Shown here: positions 26,161 through 40,021 of the stretch, one piece after another
Layout of the letters: every line of letters begins with the position of its first letter
How positions within the stretch are numbered: position 1 is the stretch's first letter
Origin: Eledone cirrhosa
Lineage: Eukaryota
NCBI GenBank assembly: GCA_964016885.1
Contig: OZ024744.1
Location: 68,200,001-68,264,000, forward strand
DNA length: 64,000 nucleotides
Direction: 5' to 3'
Position numbers and translations under genes: made by a program
The notes under the pieces: generated by a model
Database searches by the model: none
Told to the model about the DNA's origin: nothing
What the model saw: only the letters and a program-made list of their open reading frames with translations

Positions 26161-27429
26161 GAGATTCTTGTTGGTGGTACGACTTTTTAAGGATGCCGTA
26201 TTTACGAATTTCTATATTATCCCAAAGCTAAATGACATTTTAATATCCTCAACAACTTGTAGAAACTATACATAGATTTCCCAGCTGTACGATATTTCCC
26301 GCGTACGATTTCCGCTGTTAGATGGAAATGTTACATGAAATTTGATCTCCAATTTCTTATGGCCTCTATTTATCACTTAGTCAAAAGGTAAATACAGTAC
26401 CCATGACCTTTTTCAGGACCTGGGGTTACGTTCTTAGAGTACCCACGAAGAGTGAAAAACCGCAATTATTGACCATGGTCCATAAAAATGCCTATAAACG
26501 TCAAAGTATAACGTAAAATATAATAAAAAAGGAGGGAGCGTCTTATGCGAAGGGGCGTCCAATAGACCGTCATATTCGGTATATTGTTATTAATAATTTA
26601 GCGTTAAAAAAATATATATATATCGCCACGAAAAAAAGCCATAAAATAAGCGTGGACGATATTTGCGATTTCGCTAATATTCGGTGGTTTCCACAAACAA
26701 TTATTAGTTAGGTTCTTAGGAAAATTCTGCGAATGCTGGGGGGGGGGGGGGGGGGGGCACCGTATATCATTATACGGTGGCAGGAATATATTATTATTCG
26801 GTGACTATGCCTGATCAGCTTGCAATGAATGGGTTCCACTAAAAGTGATACCACCCCATCCATTGGTGATGATGAAGACAAAATGGAGGTTGAGGAATAC
26901 TAACAGGCTGTAAAAGGAACAGCAAAGAAGTGAAGAAAGGGAAATAAAATGTAAGAGCGCTGATAAAAATACTTTTTTAAAAAGTCGCTAAACAGATATT
27001 TACTGAAGTAAGTGCTTATCAAGACCAACAATACCGCGTTGCATGAAATTATGAATGAAATGTGGAAAATCCATGTTAATGATGATATTTAATCTCCCAA
27101 TCAAATCAAATGTGCACGGACTCATAAAGTGTTACGGATGATATACATTTAGTCATAACAACAAAATGAATTTAAGAAGAGATAAGGTACTTTTGTCCAG
27201 AAGATGTGGATGTTTTTGTTGATGAAGTCACATAAGAAATGTTTATGATGGATTGACTGTGATCCCTGGGTAGTATGCAATTCCTGATGACGTTGAAATT
27301 GCGACTGGGTGATGGACTTTTACTTCTAACAACAAAAGAAATATAGAAAGAGATAAGGTACTTCTGTCCAGAAGATGTGGGTGTTTTTATTGATGAAGTT
27401 ACCGAAAAAATGTTTATAGGCGATTGACA

Positions 27430-29780
27430 GGGTTGCAGTTCTGGGGTAAGCGAATACCGAGAGTGAGCGCCTGGGAACTAGAATGTCTTCAAGCGTTCAC
27501 AGACTCAGCCAATCGGTGGAAACTACATCTTAGCGTTCTATAATGGGTTACTGGCGGGTAAAAACGACATCGTTCTTGAGAAACTTCGGACGTCGACAAA
27601 AATCAACTATCTACTCTTTTCGGGACGATTTATTATCCAGGGCCGCTGAATAATTTCCAGAAATCCCTGGCCTACCATTGCCAGTTGAAATAAACTCAAC
27701 AGGCAGGAAAATGTCAGCAGTCAGGCCTGTCCGAGATGTGAGCAGGATGGTTTGGAAGGGTAGAACGCAAGTACTTTCCTCTTCCGGTTTTATTTGAAGA
27801 GAAAAATCAGGGTGGAAGTGCTGCCTGCAAAGCAATTTGATGAAAGGCGGGTAAAGAACTGCAAATATTCCCGTTCTGCTGCCAGTTGTAGTAGATGTAT
27901 ACAAAGAGTCTGGCATATAAACGTAAAGCTTTTAATGCAGACCATCCTAACCAGCCAATTTGCCCTTCATGTAGCTTGTTGCCTCCCGTATTTCAATGGC
28001 TATTATCGGCTTTTCGAAGCACCCCACCGCCGCCGTCAAGAGTGACAACATCCCGTCGAGGTAGATATTAAAGACCATCTCGCGATCCGGCCCACTTCTT
28101 CTTCCAAAGAGTTCAGCGAAGTGCTGCTGAAAAGCCGCACACATCTGCTTGCGATCGAGTAATATGCTCCCGACGTGTTGCACCAAAGATCGGATTGTGG
28201 CTTTGATACGCCGTGCCTCCACCACGAACCCATTGAATGGGTCTGGTCCCCTCGTATCTAAGAGTATGGGCTTTAGCTCTGACAGCGCAGCTTTCGAGCT
28301 AAACATTGAAGAATTGATCGAGAGCCAATCTCGTCGTAAGCCCGTCGGCTGTGATGCCTTTCCTAATTGCTTCTAGTTTTTTAACTGGCTCTCCCTCTAC
28401 TCTAGTTTTCTCTATCATTTTAGCCTTACTAAATCTTATCGATTCTATTCTAATCGCCCTTTTCAGGGTGAAGCACCATTTGTTGTTGACTGTTGTCCCC
28501 ATCAACGCCCGCTTAACTAATTAACTAATCTGGTGTCTGTAGCCTTTGCATGCGGAATGGACATGTTCAGTTTCTAGTAACTGGGTCTCTGTCTCTGAGG
28601 CCTATTGAGATAGAGAACACAAATCACAAATTTATCGTCTGTGTAGGTGACTACTTTAAATTATCGACAACACATGCTATCTTTGTCTACTTCCCTACAG
28701 AATACCATATCTAGATACAATATGGATGACGATGTTATTAGTCCATGACCACATTTGCATATTCGGGAAATCCACTCGATATCTATCAGACAGTTGGAGG
28801 CATCTGAGCAGGTTTGTGAGACTTTACCCCCCCCCCCCTCCTCTATCTATTAATCTCACACGGCTCCAGAGTGCATATAAGATACAGTTCCAGTCGCTCA
28901 CTAACACTAAAGAGCGGGACGTTCCTAGAAAGGTCTCCAGGTACCCGAGGAACTGTGTTCGTCCTGCCCCTGTCGGAGCATTGACGGCCATAAGCCTAAA
29001 GGCGCACCCTTGGCTGCTAGTTATGTCCAGCACGACCGACTTAGCTTCCGTGTAAAGGAAGAGGATCCGTATTGCGAAATCTAGGCCTTTCTAGATGAAC
29101 ACAGCAACTCTGCCCCCCCAAATCTGGACGGCTTGCAAATACGTACTTCTCGTAGCCGCCTAAAATGTATGCGAAGGCCTGTGCGTCGGAAGCTCTGGTT
29201 TTGGTGATGGCCACCACATCTATGTCCAGTTACCTGAGTTCGTTGAGCAGGTAGTCCTGCTTCCCAGACGAGCTTATGTCACGTGCATTTACACTGCCTA
29301 TCTTGAGTGAGGCCATGTTCGATGAAGAGGAGAAAAGGAGGGAACGACCACATACTTTGGATTTTTTAGAGGAAGGACGGTTGATACGCCCTTCTGGCTA
29401 GTTGTGAGCACCTGCACCGAAATACCAGTATAAATGCTTTTGGAGAGTGTTCTTCGGAAGTCTCTAATTGCATCGGGGAATTTACATTTTAAATTTATGC
29501 GTACTGTGTAATGTGTAGGATTTGTATATTCGTGGACAGTGTGATTTTTTTGGGTGTAATATAGACTTTTTCCGTAATTGTAGTGTTGTGCTCTGTGTTT
29601 CAGTAGTTTTCTGTTGTTAGTGTTTATTGCTGCATAGTATGTGATGTTGGCATCCTTTTGTTGTATTTGTTATTGTTGGTGTTGCAAATTTGGACTTGGT
29701 TTTATTTCAGATATTGTTGGTGTCGGGGTATTGATGGTGGTAGGATTGGATGTGTCGGTGCTGGTGCTGGTGGGGGTGTT
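27430..29780. pseudogene. Old rearranged L1-Tx1 copy: ORF2 3' part on + (27430-27860); ORF1 end, APE and linker on - (27870-29780)
   Basis: Homologous to 45272-48660 (NAPTGAG, LVLVSDWN, NNKWCFTLKRAIRIES). Confidence 0.85.
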
Positions 29781-29784
29781 ATCT

Positions 29785-30350
29785 CCGGGTGTCCAAAGCG
29801 GGCAAAAACTGATTATATAAAGATACACAACCGCATTGCCAAATATGTGCACCGGAAGCTCTGTCGATCTCATGACATCCAAACCTCCGTCAAATGGCAT
29901 GGTCACCAAGCAGAAACAGTTATGGAAAATGGTACATATGCCTGTGATAATTGACAGAGAAATCGACGCCAACAGAGCAGATATCCTCATAAAAAACAAA
30001 GCAGGTAGGACATGTCACCTGATAGATATTTCCGTACCAGTTGACAAGAATACATTTGTAAAAGCAATGGAAAAAGTGTCAAAGTACAATGACCACATGT
30101 GGAAGATGACCCCAAACACTATCCCTGTGGTAATAGGAACATTACGATTAATATCCAAATCATCAGACCTGCATCTTTTATGTCCTTCCCTGCTGAATCA
30201 ACAAATATGAGTTACAGAAGATTAGGCTACACATTCTCAGACAAGTTCCCTCTCTACAATGAAAATTTCTATTACCCTTGGTTCAAGGCCTGAACCCGGT
30301 AATAGAGAAACAGAACAGAACCAAGAGAAATAACACAATAATAAGAATAA
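29785..30350 (+). pseudogene. R4/Dong-clade 3' fragment (RLE) with a TAA-like tail
   Basis: Motifs ISGCP...HNRIAKYVH, NRADILI, LIDISVPVD, IPVVIGTL. Confidence 0.8.
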
Positions 30351-31271
30351 TAATCATGTAAGAAACAAAGGTACTTTTATAATTTCGCCTATTTATAGGA
30401 GGTCAAGGTTAAGGAAGATTGTACTGCATAATACGTATTATTGTTATTTTCTGGAATTTGTTCGTTGTCTGTAAGTTGTCGATATATCTGTAAACTGTTG
30501 TATCATTTCAGTTGAACCAATTAGAAATTGAATGATAGATGGATGTCTTACATACCATAAACACATCAATTCTTAGTTATGATGCATATTCTTTCAGCTT
30601 CTCTTCAGTTAACTTCAGCATGATATTACAGTCGTCGGTTATTCGATACAGCTATGCTAATTGTTAAAACATTAAAATCCTGTTTCGCCATGTAATATTA
30701 TGTTAGATTTTCTGTATGAAAGCTAGTGATAAAGCGTTTGTCTAAAGTGCCACACAATCTTTTGATTTTTATGTTCTGTCGCAGCTAGCATGGGGCATTA
30801 GAGGAGAATATTTAACCATACATATTTTCGGATTATGGCAAATTCTTCTGTATTTATTTTTTTATGATACTCTATTGTTGTTATATTATTGTATGAAATA
30901 TAAATAAAATAAATATATAGATTCATATTCATATGTATTTCGCCTCATTGTGAAATTGGGTTAGGATAAAAAACGAACCATCTGATACTGTTGATATTTC
31001 TACTATATTGGTTGTTCTTAGGCCGTAATTTCTGACTAGGTACAACCGTTTGTGTGAGTGTGAGCCTTTGCATGCAGGTAGAATTGTGGAGAAACAGGTA
31101 AAAATGTTGCTTAATATCGTATTACACGCGACATTCGCGGAAAGAGGCAGGATTGAGTGAATAAGGGTGGTTGTTAGGTAGACTGAGAAGACCTGACTGT
31201 CGGGGGAGGGTACAGATATGAGATGAAGTATTTGCCTAAACAGTTGATAATAAAGAATGTGAGACATGTAA

Positions 31272-31340
<69 letters not shown>

Positions 31341-31446
31341 AGCATGTATTTATGTATGTACATATGTATGTACATATGTATGTATGAATGTATGTATCTA
31401 TATATCATATATGCAGAAACACGCGCGCACACACATACATGCATAA

Positions 31447-31488
<42 letters not shown>

Positions 31489-32194
31489 ATTATTATACTA
31501 TGGGAAGGTCATGCTACCAATAAAAACACACGCACCTGTTGAATTTCCCTTCCATTTATTATAAACTCCCAATTGGTTAGTTTAATAACCGGATGGTTGT
31601 TTATATATATATATATATATAAAAACATGGGAAGAAAGAGGAAAACTGCGTGGTTGCACATGGGTTACATATTATAAAATTAGTCCCTCATCAGTGATTT
31701 GCCAACCATCATTGGTATTTCATCGCATTAAAAATCATATACCTCAGGTTGGTGCGAGCAATAACTAAAATAAGCTATTGGGACAAGTGAATCGCGTAAA
31801 GCGAGTGAGACAAGTAAACAATATAGAAGGAAAAGCAAACCGAAGGTAGGAAAAAAGCAAGCAACATGATGGTATATATATATGATGCAAATCGTGAGAG
31901 ACCATTTTGTCGGTTTGAGAGCTGATGAGGGTGAAGATGTGTGTAATCTTGTCTTCTACATCGCTTTACTTTATGTCTTTCTTCCAGTCACTTCTGTGTA
32001 TCAGCGCACTTCTTGTCCTCCTCTTTCCATTTTTTCCATATTTTGTCTGCCTGTCATCGACCTCGTGCATTGTATCTCTGTTGACCACTGACCACTGGTC
32101 TCTGTCCTCTGAGGCATTTTCCCCATCGCTGTCTTCGACAGCATCTAGCTGTTTTAATGGCTGTTCTAGCGATGAGTTTTCTCATTTTTATATG

Positions 32195-32229
<35 letters not shown>

Positions 32230-32739
32230 ATGTGTACGTGCGTATGTGTGTGTGTGTACGTGTGTGTACGTGCGTGTGTGTGTGTGTGTGTATTTGTTTG
32301 TGTGTAGCTGTCTTAATTTCAATCTTAGTTGGTTATTAGTGTTGCATTTTGTCACCTCAATCAACGACCTATGATTTTATCAGGCGTAATCTCCAACCGT
32401 AAGTTGTTATCTTTCAAGGAACATGTATCCAACGAACATTTGATATATTAATAAATATGAAGACACGGTTCTATTTCTCTAAACTTGAATTTATCAAATA
32501 ACGGCTGTTATGTACATTTTTGAGGCGTCAGGTGGTTGTTATGTAAGAATAACCTAAGTAGGGTGTGTTCTCATCAGATGGTATTTTATAAAGTTGGTGC
32601 TATGAGGACCGAAGGTTGTAGGTTGTTGATTGTTTAAAATTCGGTCAATATATGTATGCATGCATGCATGTATGTATGTATGTATGTATGTATGTATGTA
32701 TGTATGTATGTATGTATGTATGTATGTATGTATGTTTAT

Positions 32740-33347
32740 GTCAGGTCACCAGTTGGTGCTACTAGTAACATGTATCCCAGTACGACCTGTCTCATGGTCG
32801 GGTCGTTGGCGACTAAACTGGCAACGCCACCAAGGTTTCTTGGTGAGGAGGGTGACTTTGGACATCCTGCAGGACTAAAAACAAAACCTGTCAAAGGGCA
32901 AGGGAGCTCTTAAGACTCAATAGCCATCCAAAATCACCGGGAGAGATGACCCCTTAGCCTTTGTCAAGGCAGAATTCTAGGAGAAGGAAAACTCTGATAT
33001 AACACCTGCAACCCTGATGGTATCCAATGATGTTGACTTGTTCTTCTTTTTGTTAAATATCATCTTGGTTAAGAGAGTGGGACTGGCTTTGGGCAGTGCC
33101 TTTGCTCACTATAAAAGCTTCACAGCACAGGCATTGCTTTATATCTGGAGATCTCTCTGCACTTGTCATCACATGGTACCAAGGGCCCTGCACTATGTGT
33201 CAATAATGGTCACAAGTGTAGTGTTTGTACCAGAGTTTTCAAGTCGCTGGCTGGACTAAAAAGTCACATTCGTTCAGCGCATCGGTAGGAGTTCTCCTAC
33301 ATGGATATAAAGTAGTGGCCGTACTCGAAAACGAGTTGGCAGCCACC
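32740..33347 (+). mobile_element. RTE-derived bipartite element, copy 3 (full length)
   Basis: Reverse complement of 1246-1852. Bases 33211-33288 encode HKCSVCTRVFKSLAGLKSHIRSAHR*. (TATG)n on both sides. Confidence 0.85.
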
Positions 33348-33890
33348 ATGTATGTATGTATGTATGTATGTATGTATGTATGTATGTATGTATGTATGTA
33401 TGTATGTATGTATGTATGAATGTAGTGAGTTTGATTCCCGGTGGTCCGTTGTGTTTTTTAGCTTTATTTCACGTTGCTCCAATCCACACAGCTGGCGAAA
33501 ATGAGTTGTGCCCGTAATAGGAAGGGCTAGCTTTATAACATCCTGAATTTCTCTGAGAACTACGTTAAGAGTAAACATGTTTGTGGAATGCTCAGTCACT
33601 TGCACGTTAATTTCAAGAACTGGGCTTCCTGTCGATCGTATGTAAGTATGTATGTATGTTCTTCTGGTTTTATAATTTCACAAAGTTTTACCAATAGAGA
33701 GAGAGTCGGTTTCTAACATAGACACAAGACTCTCTCATTGGAATTTACACAACATCAACTAGGTAGATATGTATGTATGTCTGCATGCATGTGTAGATAT
33801 GGATGTTATTCTATGTGTGGATGTGTATGTTTTGAGTTGTATGTGTGCATGTGTATATGTTTTGTATCTGTACAGGTGTATATGTAGTTA

Positions 33891-36395
33891 TTAGATGCAA
33901 AATTTTTGGAATGTTTTACATATTTTTACTGTTCCATTAATGGATTGTACATGTAATTTCCTAACTATTTGTGTTCTTTCTGTTTCTGTGAAGCCTAGCT
34001 TCTCAAGATTTGTATTGAGGCAGTTACTAACATATCCCAGTGCCCCAATAATCACAGGTATAAATCTGAAGGTGTAATCAGGGTGGAGTATCTGCAGATT
34101 TCTCATCAGTTCTGCATAAATATTCTCCTTTTCACTAATCTTTGATATTATATTGCCATCTGCTGGGCAGCTAATTTCCACTACTGTGCATGTTTTCTTC
34201 TCTCTGTCCCATATCATAATATCTGGTCTGTTATGCCTGCATTTTATTGGGGCTTTTACTGGAACATTCCACCAGTACTCTTTCATATTATGTACATGGA
34301 TGTCTTCCTCATTGTTGTAGCTTTTAATGTGTTTATTATCGGGGCTATCTTTTTTACGAACTGCATTGTACAGTCTTTTGGCCACTACATCATGCCTCAT
34401 AGGTAGATAGTACCGCGATGACATCTTTGGACAGCTGCTGATGGCATGGGTGACATCTTCGATGTTAATTCTGCAGAGTATGCACTTGTTATCACATCTA
34501 GGTGTTTTGCCTGCATCCCTATCTCTTTTGTGAATCAGGTTTTTCGTGTTTATTTCCTGTTCTTGGATTGCAAAAGCGTATCCTTCAAAGTGGGAGCCAA
34601 TATAACGATTGTTGGTCCAAGATAGACTACTTTCATTATCTATATTACTCTCAATCTGGAGCTTCCTGGCAACATATCCATGCATGATATTTTGCTGATA
34701 GGCATGCAGTTTTTCATCCATGGATTCACTGATTCACTGCGATACTGCTGAGCGACATCCCTGGGTGTAAGTTTTTGATTATCACACAGGAAATATCTCT
34801 CGAGGAGTTCCTTCCCAACTCTTATGATCTTATCTGTTTCATGCAGATAGACTTGTTCGAGAGACGGTGTCCTACGCTTCGAGGTTCGTAGATGTTGTCG
34901 GAGAGATATGATGCGACATTCAAATGCTGTCTGGACTGATGTTAGGCCTCTGCCTCCCTGCTTAGGTTTCAAGTAAAAGCGGTCTATGTCACTGTTGATG
35001 TGGAAGTTTCCGGCGTTTTTCAGTATTTTCGAGTTCCAACATCAACTGCTCGAATTTCGACTATCGTCCAATTGAGTATTCCAAACGTTGGTGTTAGGAC
35101 AGGCACAGCAAACACATTGTGAGCCACTGTTTTGTTTTGCGCAGAGAGTTCCGATGACCAGATCTTTCTTAATCGGGTTAGTATTCCCTGGTTACGCGTT
35201 CTTTATTACAGATACCATTATAGGATATGTTCTCTGGTGTCACTAGCAGTTCTCATCAGATATCGGTGAAACAGTTAGGCCATTGATGACAATGTTGCTA
35301 GATCGGGTTGTTGTTTTTCCCCGCTTTACAGTCATGTATGAGCATTTATCTTGGCCAAACACCATTCCTATAGCCTTTGAGAACGTTGTAACCAGGTCAA
35401 GATTTTTCTTCATCCCATCCATGTTTTTGGCATAGAGTTTTAGATCGTCCACAAAGAAATTATGGGTTAGGTTCGTATTTCTGTCCTCCTGTGAGCCAAT
35501 GATGTATCCCTCACATTTCTTGAAAAGAAAGGACAAGGGGTTTAATGACAAGATGAACAATATCACAGAGAGACTGTCCCCCTGAAATATACCCCTGCAA
35601 TATTTTATTTTATCAGTGAAAATAGAGTCCTCTCTCTGTGTCTTTAACCTTAGGATAGTAGCCCAAGAAGAAGACAGCCTCTCTATGGCTCTGACAATAA
35701 TGTCTGGGACTTTAGCAAGTTGGAGGGCCTCTATCATCCAAGAGTGGGGAACAGAATCGAAAGCTTTCCTGTAGTCCAGCCAGACTGTAGTCATATTCCT
35801 CCTAAGTTGTCGCACCTCCGACATCGCAGTTTTGTTGATTAGGAGTTGTTCAGCACATCCCATACCCCTTTCTTTCCAGCTGCTTGTTCATCTGTGATGA
35901 TGTTATTATTTTCACAGTGATCTTGGAGGAATAGGTTCAGACAGGCTGTATACATCTTATACATCAGGTTCTGGCATGCAATGGGTCGGTAGTTTTTTTG
36001 CCAAGTGGATGTCTTTGTTCTTGGGGACCAGTAATGTTTGTGCTAATGTCAACCATTCTGGTATAAGTGTATCTCCCTTAAGAACTTGTTGGTAGAGGTC
36101 AGTAAGATACCTCCGATAGAATATCAGTTTTTTGTACCAGTAGCCGACAATCATGTCTCTTCCTGGTGTTTTCTTATCATGGAGTTTTCCTATCACAGTC
36201 TCAAGGGTACCCTCACTTATTTCGTATCTTTTTATTGTAGTGTAGGAGCAATAGTTCTTTTGGATTTCTCTTAGCCACACTGCATCTTGGTAGAAATTCT
36301 TCTTTTCACCCCATATTTTTCTCCAAAAGGAATCTATGTCTTTCTGGGATGGGGCCTCAGTGACACTTATTATTTTGCCCTTCATATCTCTATAG
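33891..36395 (-). pseudogene. 5'-truncated R4/Dong-clade LINE of the (TACA)n-associated family
   Basis: Motifs WLDYRKAFDSVPH, GIFQGDSLS, FVDDLKLY, GGRGL, CILC..H..C, RHD, RPDIMIWD, EISCPAD. Related to 2436-4078. Confidence 0.92.
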
Positions 36396-37699
36396 ACTGA
36401 TGTATGTATGTATGTATGCATGTATGTGTGTGTATGTGTACGTATGTCTCTATGTATGTATGTATACATGCATGTATGTATGCATGTGTGTGTGTATGTA
36501 TACATGGACGAATGTATGTATGTATGTATGTATGTATGTATGTATGTATGTATGTATGTATGTATGTATGTATGTATGTATGTATGTATGAATGAGTGTA
36601 AGTGTAAGTATAGGCAAGCAATAAGCGATGACTGGGATCTTGTACTGCAGAGTAGCAAATTATTTTAACATTCAGCATAGTTTAAACTTTAAACTTTAAA
36701 GCTTAAACTATGCTGACTGTTAAAAATAATCTGGTCATATCGTGCATAGTTTAAACTTTAAACTATGCACGATATCACCAGAACTGATTGAAAATAGAAA
36801 ATTACTTAGGACTTACCGATCTCTTTGCAAATGCTGCAAATAAAGACTAAATAAAGACAATCGGGGTACATGGTGATATTATTATCGTTATTTCATGTAA
36901 CATTTCGCAACACAAAATCTTAGTACGATGTAACGGCAATTGCTTAAAAATATAGAAAATCTATTTTTTCTTTTAATTTAAAATAACCAGAAAAAATGTT
37001 TCTATTCCTGGAGCAAAATGCTCCAGATTATCCTGATTTGGTAACTTGTGTATTTAAATTCAAGTCCAAATTAAATCGCTTTCTTGAAGACTTGGTTGCA
37101 AAGTGAATCTTATGATCATCCAAGCAATCTGTTATTCTACTGGAGTTCGAAACTTAGTGCTCATCTAAATATAAATTTGAACGACTTCCATCCATCCGTC
37201 CGTCACACAAAGCATGTGTGTATATGTTTGTGTGTTTGTGTGTGTGTGAATGTATGTGTGTGTAAAGGGAAGGAATAGGATGGCGTTCCATTTGCTACGC
37301 TGTGTGAGTGTTTGTGTATGTGAGTGTTTGTGTAAATGTGAGTATTTGTGTGTGTTTGTGTGAATGCATGTGTTTGCGTGAATGTATGTGTGTTTTTTTG
37401 TGTGAATGTATGTGTATTTGTGTGAATATATATCTGTGAGTGTGTGTTTTTTGGTAAGTGTGTCTGTGTTTGTGCGTTTATATTTATATATTCATACATG
37501 TAAATGAATGCATATGTACATATACACATGCACACACATATATACATACGCGTCAACATGTTGAAAAAAATCCTAGTATTCTTATATTACAAAACGGAGG
37601 ATTTCTTTCTGGCTCACACTGAAATTCATATAACTATGCGTTCAGAGCTCCTACATCCTCTAACAAAGTCAAATCTCTACGTTGTACTATAATTGTTTC

Positions 37700-37880
37700 T
37701 ACTTTTGACACAAGGCCAGCAATTTTACAGTGCATTACTGGTACTTTATTTTACCGACCCCCGTAAGGATGAAAAGCAAAGTTAACCTCGGTGGGATTTG
37801 AACTCAGACCATAAAGAGGCGTAAACTCTATGCTGGAAAGCATGGCGTCCGACTCTCTATCGATACTGCCAATTCACCAT
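37700..37880 (-). mobile_element. tRNA-derived SINE copy; further copies near 38190-38335 and 38710-38820 on +
   Basis: Same core as 4832-5010. Confidence 0.75.
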
Positions 37881-37909
37881 CCTAATATTGTGCTAAAAAT
37901 AATATTAGA

Positions 37910-39150
37910 TTCTTGAACCCTGATTTAAGGTAAATCCCTGTCATGACTTCATAGACGACACAAGAACCAATGTTGATAGCTGCTCTTTCTACAGAAGACA
38001 CCATGTTCAACTACGTCAAGCTTGTTATCATTAATTCGACAAGCGATGTGTTGTACCATACAACAAATAACTCACCTGAATATATAACTGCCCCATCAAT
38101 ACTGAAATTTGGTCTTCCATAAATACAGCGAAATATATCTTCAAGTATATATCTAAGGGATATAACTGTGCAGAAATGCAATCCTATTATTGGATTGGCA
38201 GTATCGGTAGAGGGTCTGACGACATGCTTTGCAGTATAGAGTTACGGCTGTCGTCCTTACGGGGTCGATAAAATAAAGTACCAGTAATACACTGAGATAA
38301 TTGCTGGCCTTGTGCCAAAAGTAGAAACAATTATCCGTGATGAGATTATTCATTTTATCGTTGTCAGTTCTTTCGGTTGATAGAATATAAAATGAATGAC
38401 ATATCACATGCTGTGACTCGTCTCTCAGTACATTTTGAACATCAACAGCCAGTTTACTTTCAAGATAGTACTGAAAGAGATACATTTCAAAATGCCCAAA
38501 ATAGAAACAGACCCGATTAAGGTAGGGTTCAGAGAAAAAGAAAATGTTGAAGCTGTCAGACAGTAAGTATCTCCAAGCCGAAATTACACACCAGTATGTT
38601 TTTGACAAGATGGAAACAGAAAAAAACATGAAGATGAAATGATCCCCAAATGTATGCACTACATCCAAAGAAAAATGAGAGATTTGACTTCAGATTAGCA
38701 TCGCGCCAAGCTTAGCTTTGCCTTTCATCCTTACTGGGTCGATAAAATAAAGTAATACACTGGCTCAATTTAATCAACTTTTTCCTCCTCACAAATTGCT
38801 TGCCTTGTAGAAATTATTATTCCATATAAAAGGAGTCACTAGCTCTAAAACCATTCGCACTGGCGATACTCTTATTCCCAACACTTACAAAGTAGCAGCT
38901 GAAAGCAGAAATTTGATAAATAATGACGAGGAATGGGTGTGATGTATATGAAAAGCAATAGAAATCAGCATGTCTCTCCAACAGAAAACAAACTGTTTGT
39001 CATTATATGTGTCCTAAATAGGCTGAGCGTCTGTTGCTATTTCAGCAGCTTCAACTACACTTTATTCAAGATTTCATAGTAGAGAAGAAAACAAACGAAG
39101 AAGCTTACAGCAGTGCACTGCATGTTATTCAGCAAATATTCCTTTTTCAA
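37910..39150 (+). pseudogene. Decayed Helitron RepHel fragment, interrupted by two SINEs
   Basis: Hand translation gives DKRCVVPYN..YNCPINTE..KYIFKYISKG, HAVTRLSVHFEHQQPVYF, HPKKNERF, KGVTS..IRT, INNDEEW, EEAYSSAL. These are motifs of the segment between Rep and helicase. Confidence 0.8.
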
Positions 39151-40021
39151 GGTCCACGCTGCTATGATATACATTAACTGAATGTGTGCAATATTTTAAT
39201 AATGACATCAATTAAGTCCATGTGAAGAAAGTTGTTGATATTAACTTTAAAATGCAAAGTTTAAAGGAATTGTTATGTTAACCATGTATATGTTTCACAG
39301 ACACAATGTATGATGGTTTTGACATATATTCAAAGTTAAAGGCTTATATAGTTACTGCTTTCACTGTAATAATAGTAGAAACTGAAGGCAACTATTACAC
39401 GATCAGTTTGGAAGACTTTCAACCTGAACCTTGATTATGTCTACACAGCTCCTGTTATAGCTTCTACCACTTCACTCCCCCATAGAAAGTTTGGATTATA
39501 ACGATGCAGAACATCGGCTCTACTTTTTTGATGGCGCTATTAGTTCGAGCCAAATATACTTGCACAACACCTTTAAGGTTATTACAACATACATAGAATG
39601 AAGGTGCCATACAACTGTATTGATGCTGATTTGCTGAAGAATGACAGGATTATTTCACTGTTTAAAATGCATTTAAACATTCACACTTTAAAAACAATCT
39701 AGTAATAGCAAAACTAAAACAAAATCTCAATTTCATATGTCATTATTTTTGACAACACATTATTTTTGATAATACATTAGTTAAATAAGAAATGTAAATA
39801 CTTTTCACTTCATTATAAAGAATGCATGGAATTTAGTATATAATTCTGTAAAAGACAGCTATTTTGATGTTAAACGGGTGTAGTTTCTCATGTTGTAAGT
39901 TCAATCTATAAAACAAAATCAAATGTGCTGAAAATGTTAACATATATCATCCTGCCTTTTTGCTCCATGTCAATACAGTTGGAGACGTTAACACGCAAAT
40001 GTTACGATGGAATTTATTTCC

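Noticed and set aside
25436-26275. Long Leu/Ser-, Cys/Arg- and Thr-rich ORFs
   Set aside because: They are translations of a (TTG/TCG)n tract that lacks stops in several frames; no splice or domain evidence.
26535-26582. Tc1/pogo-like terminal repeat (gcgtcttat...gaccgtcatattcggta)
   Set aside because: Only one degenerate end was seen, with no partner TIR or transposase.
27430-29780. Twin-priming inversion of Tx1
   Set aside because: The two parts converge tail to tail and no 3' tail is retained, which is not twin-priming geometry; later rearrangement or two insertions is more likely.
31655-31700. Minus-strand CTGATGA-GGG...CCC as a hammerhead (also CTGATGA near 32570)
   Set aside because: No GAAA or stem III follows.
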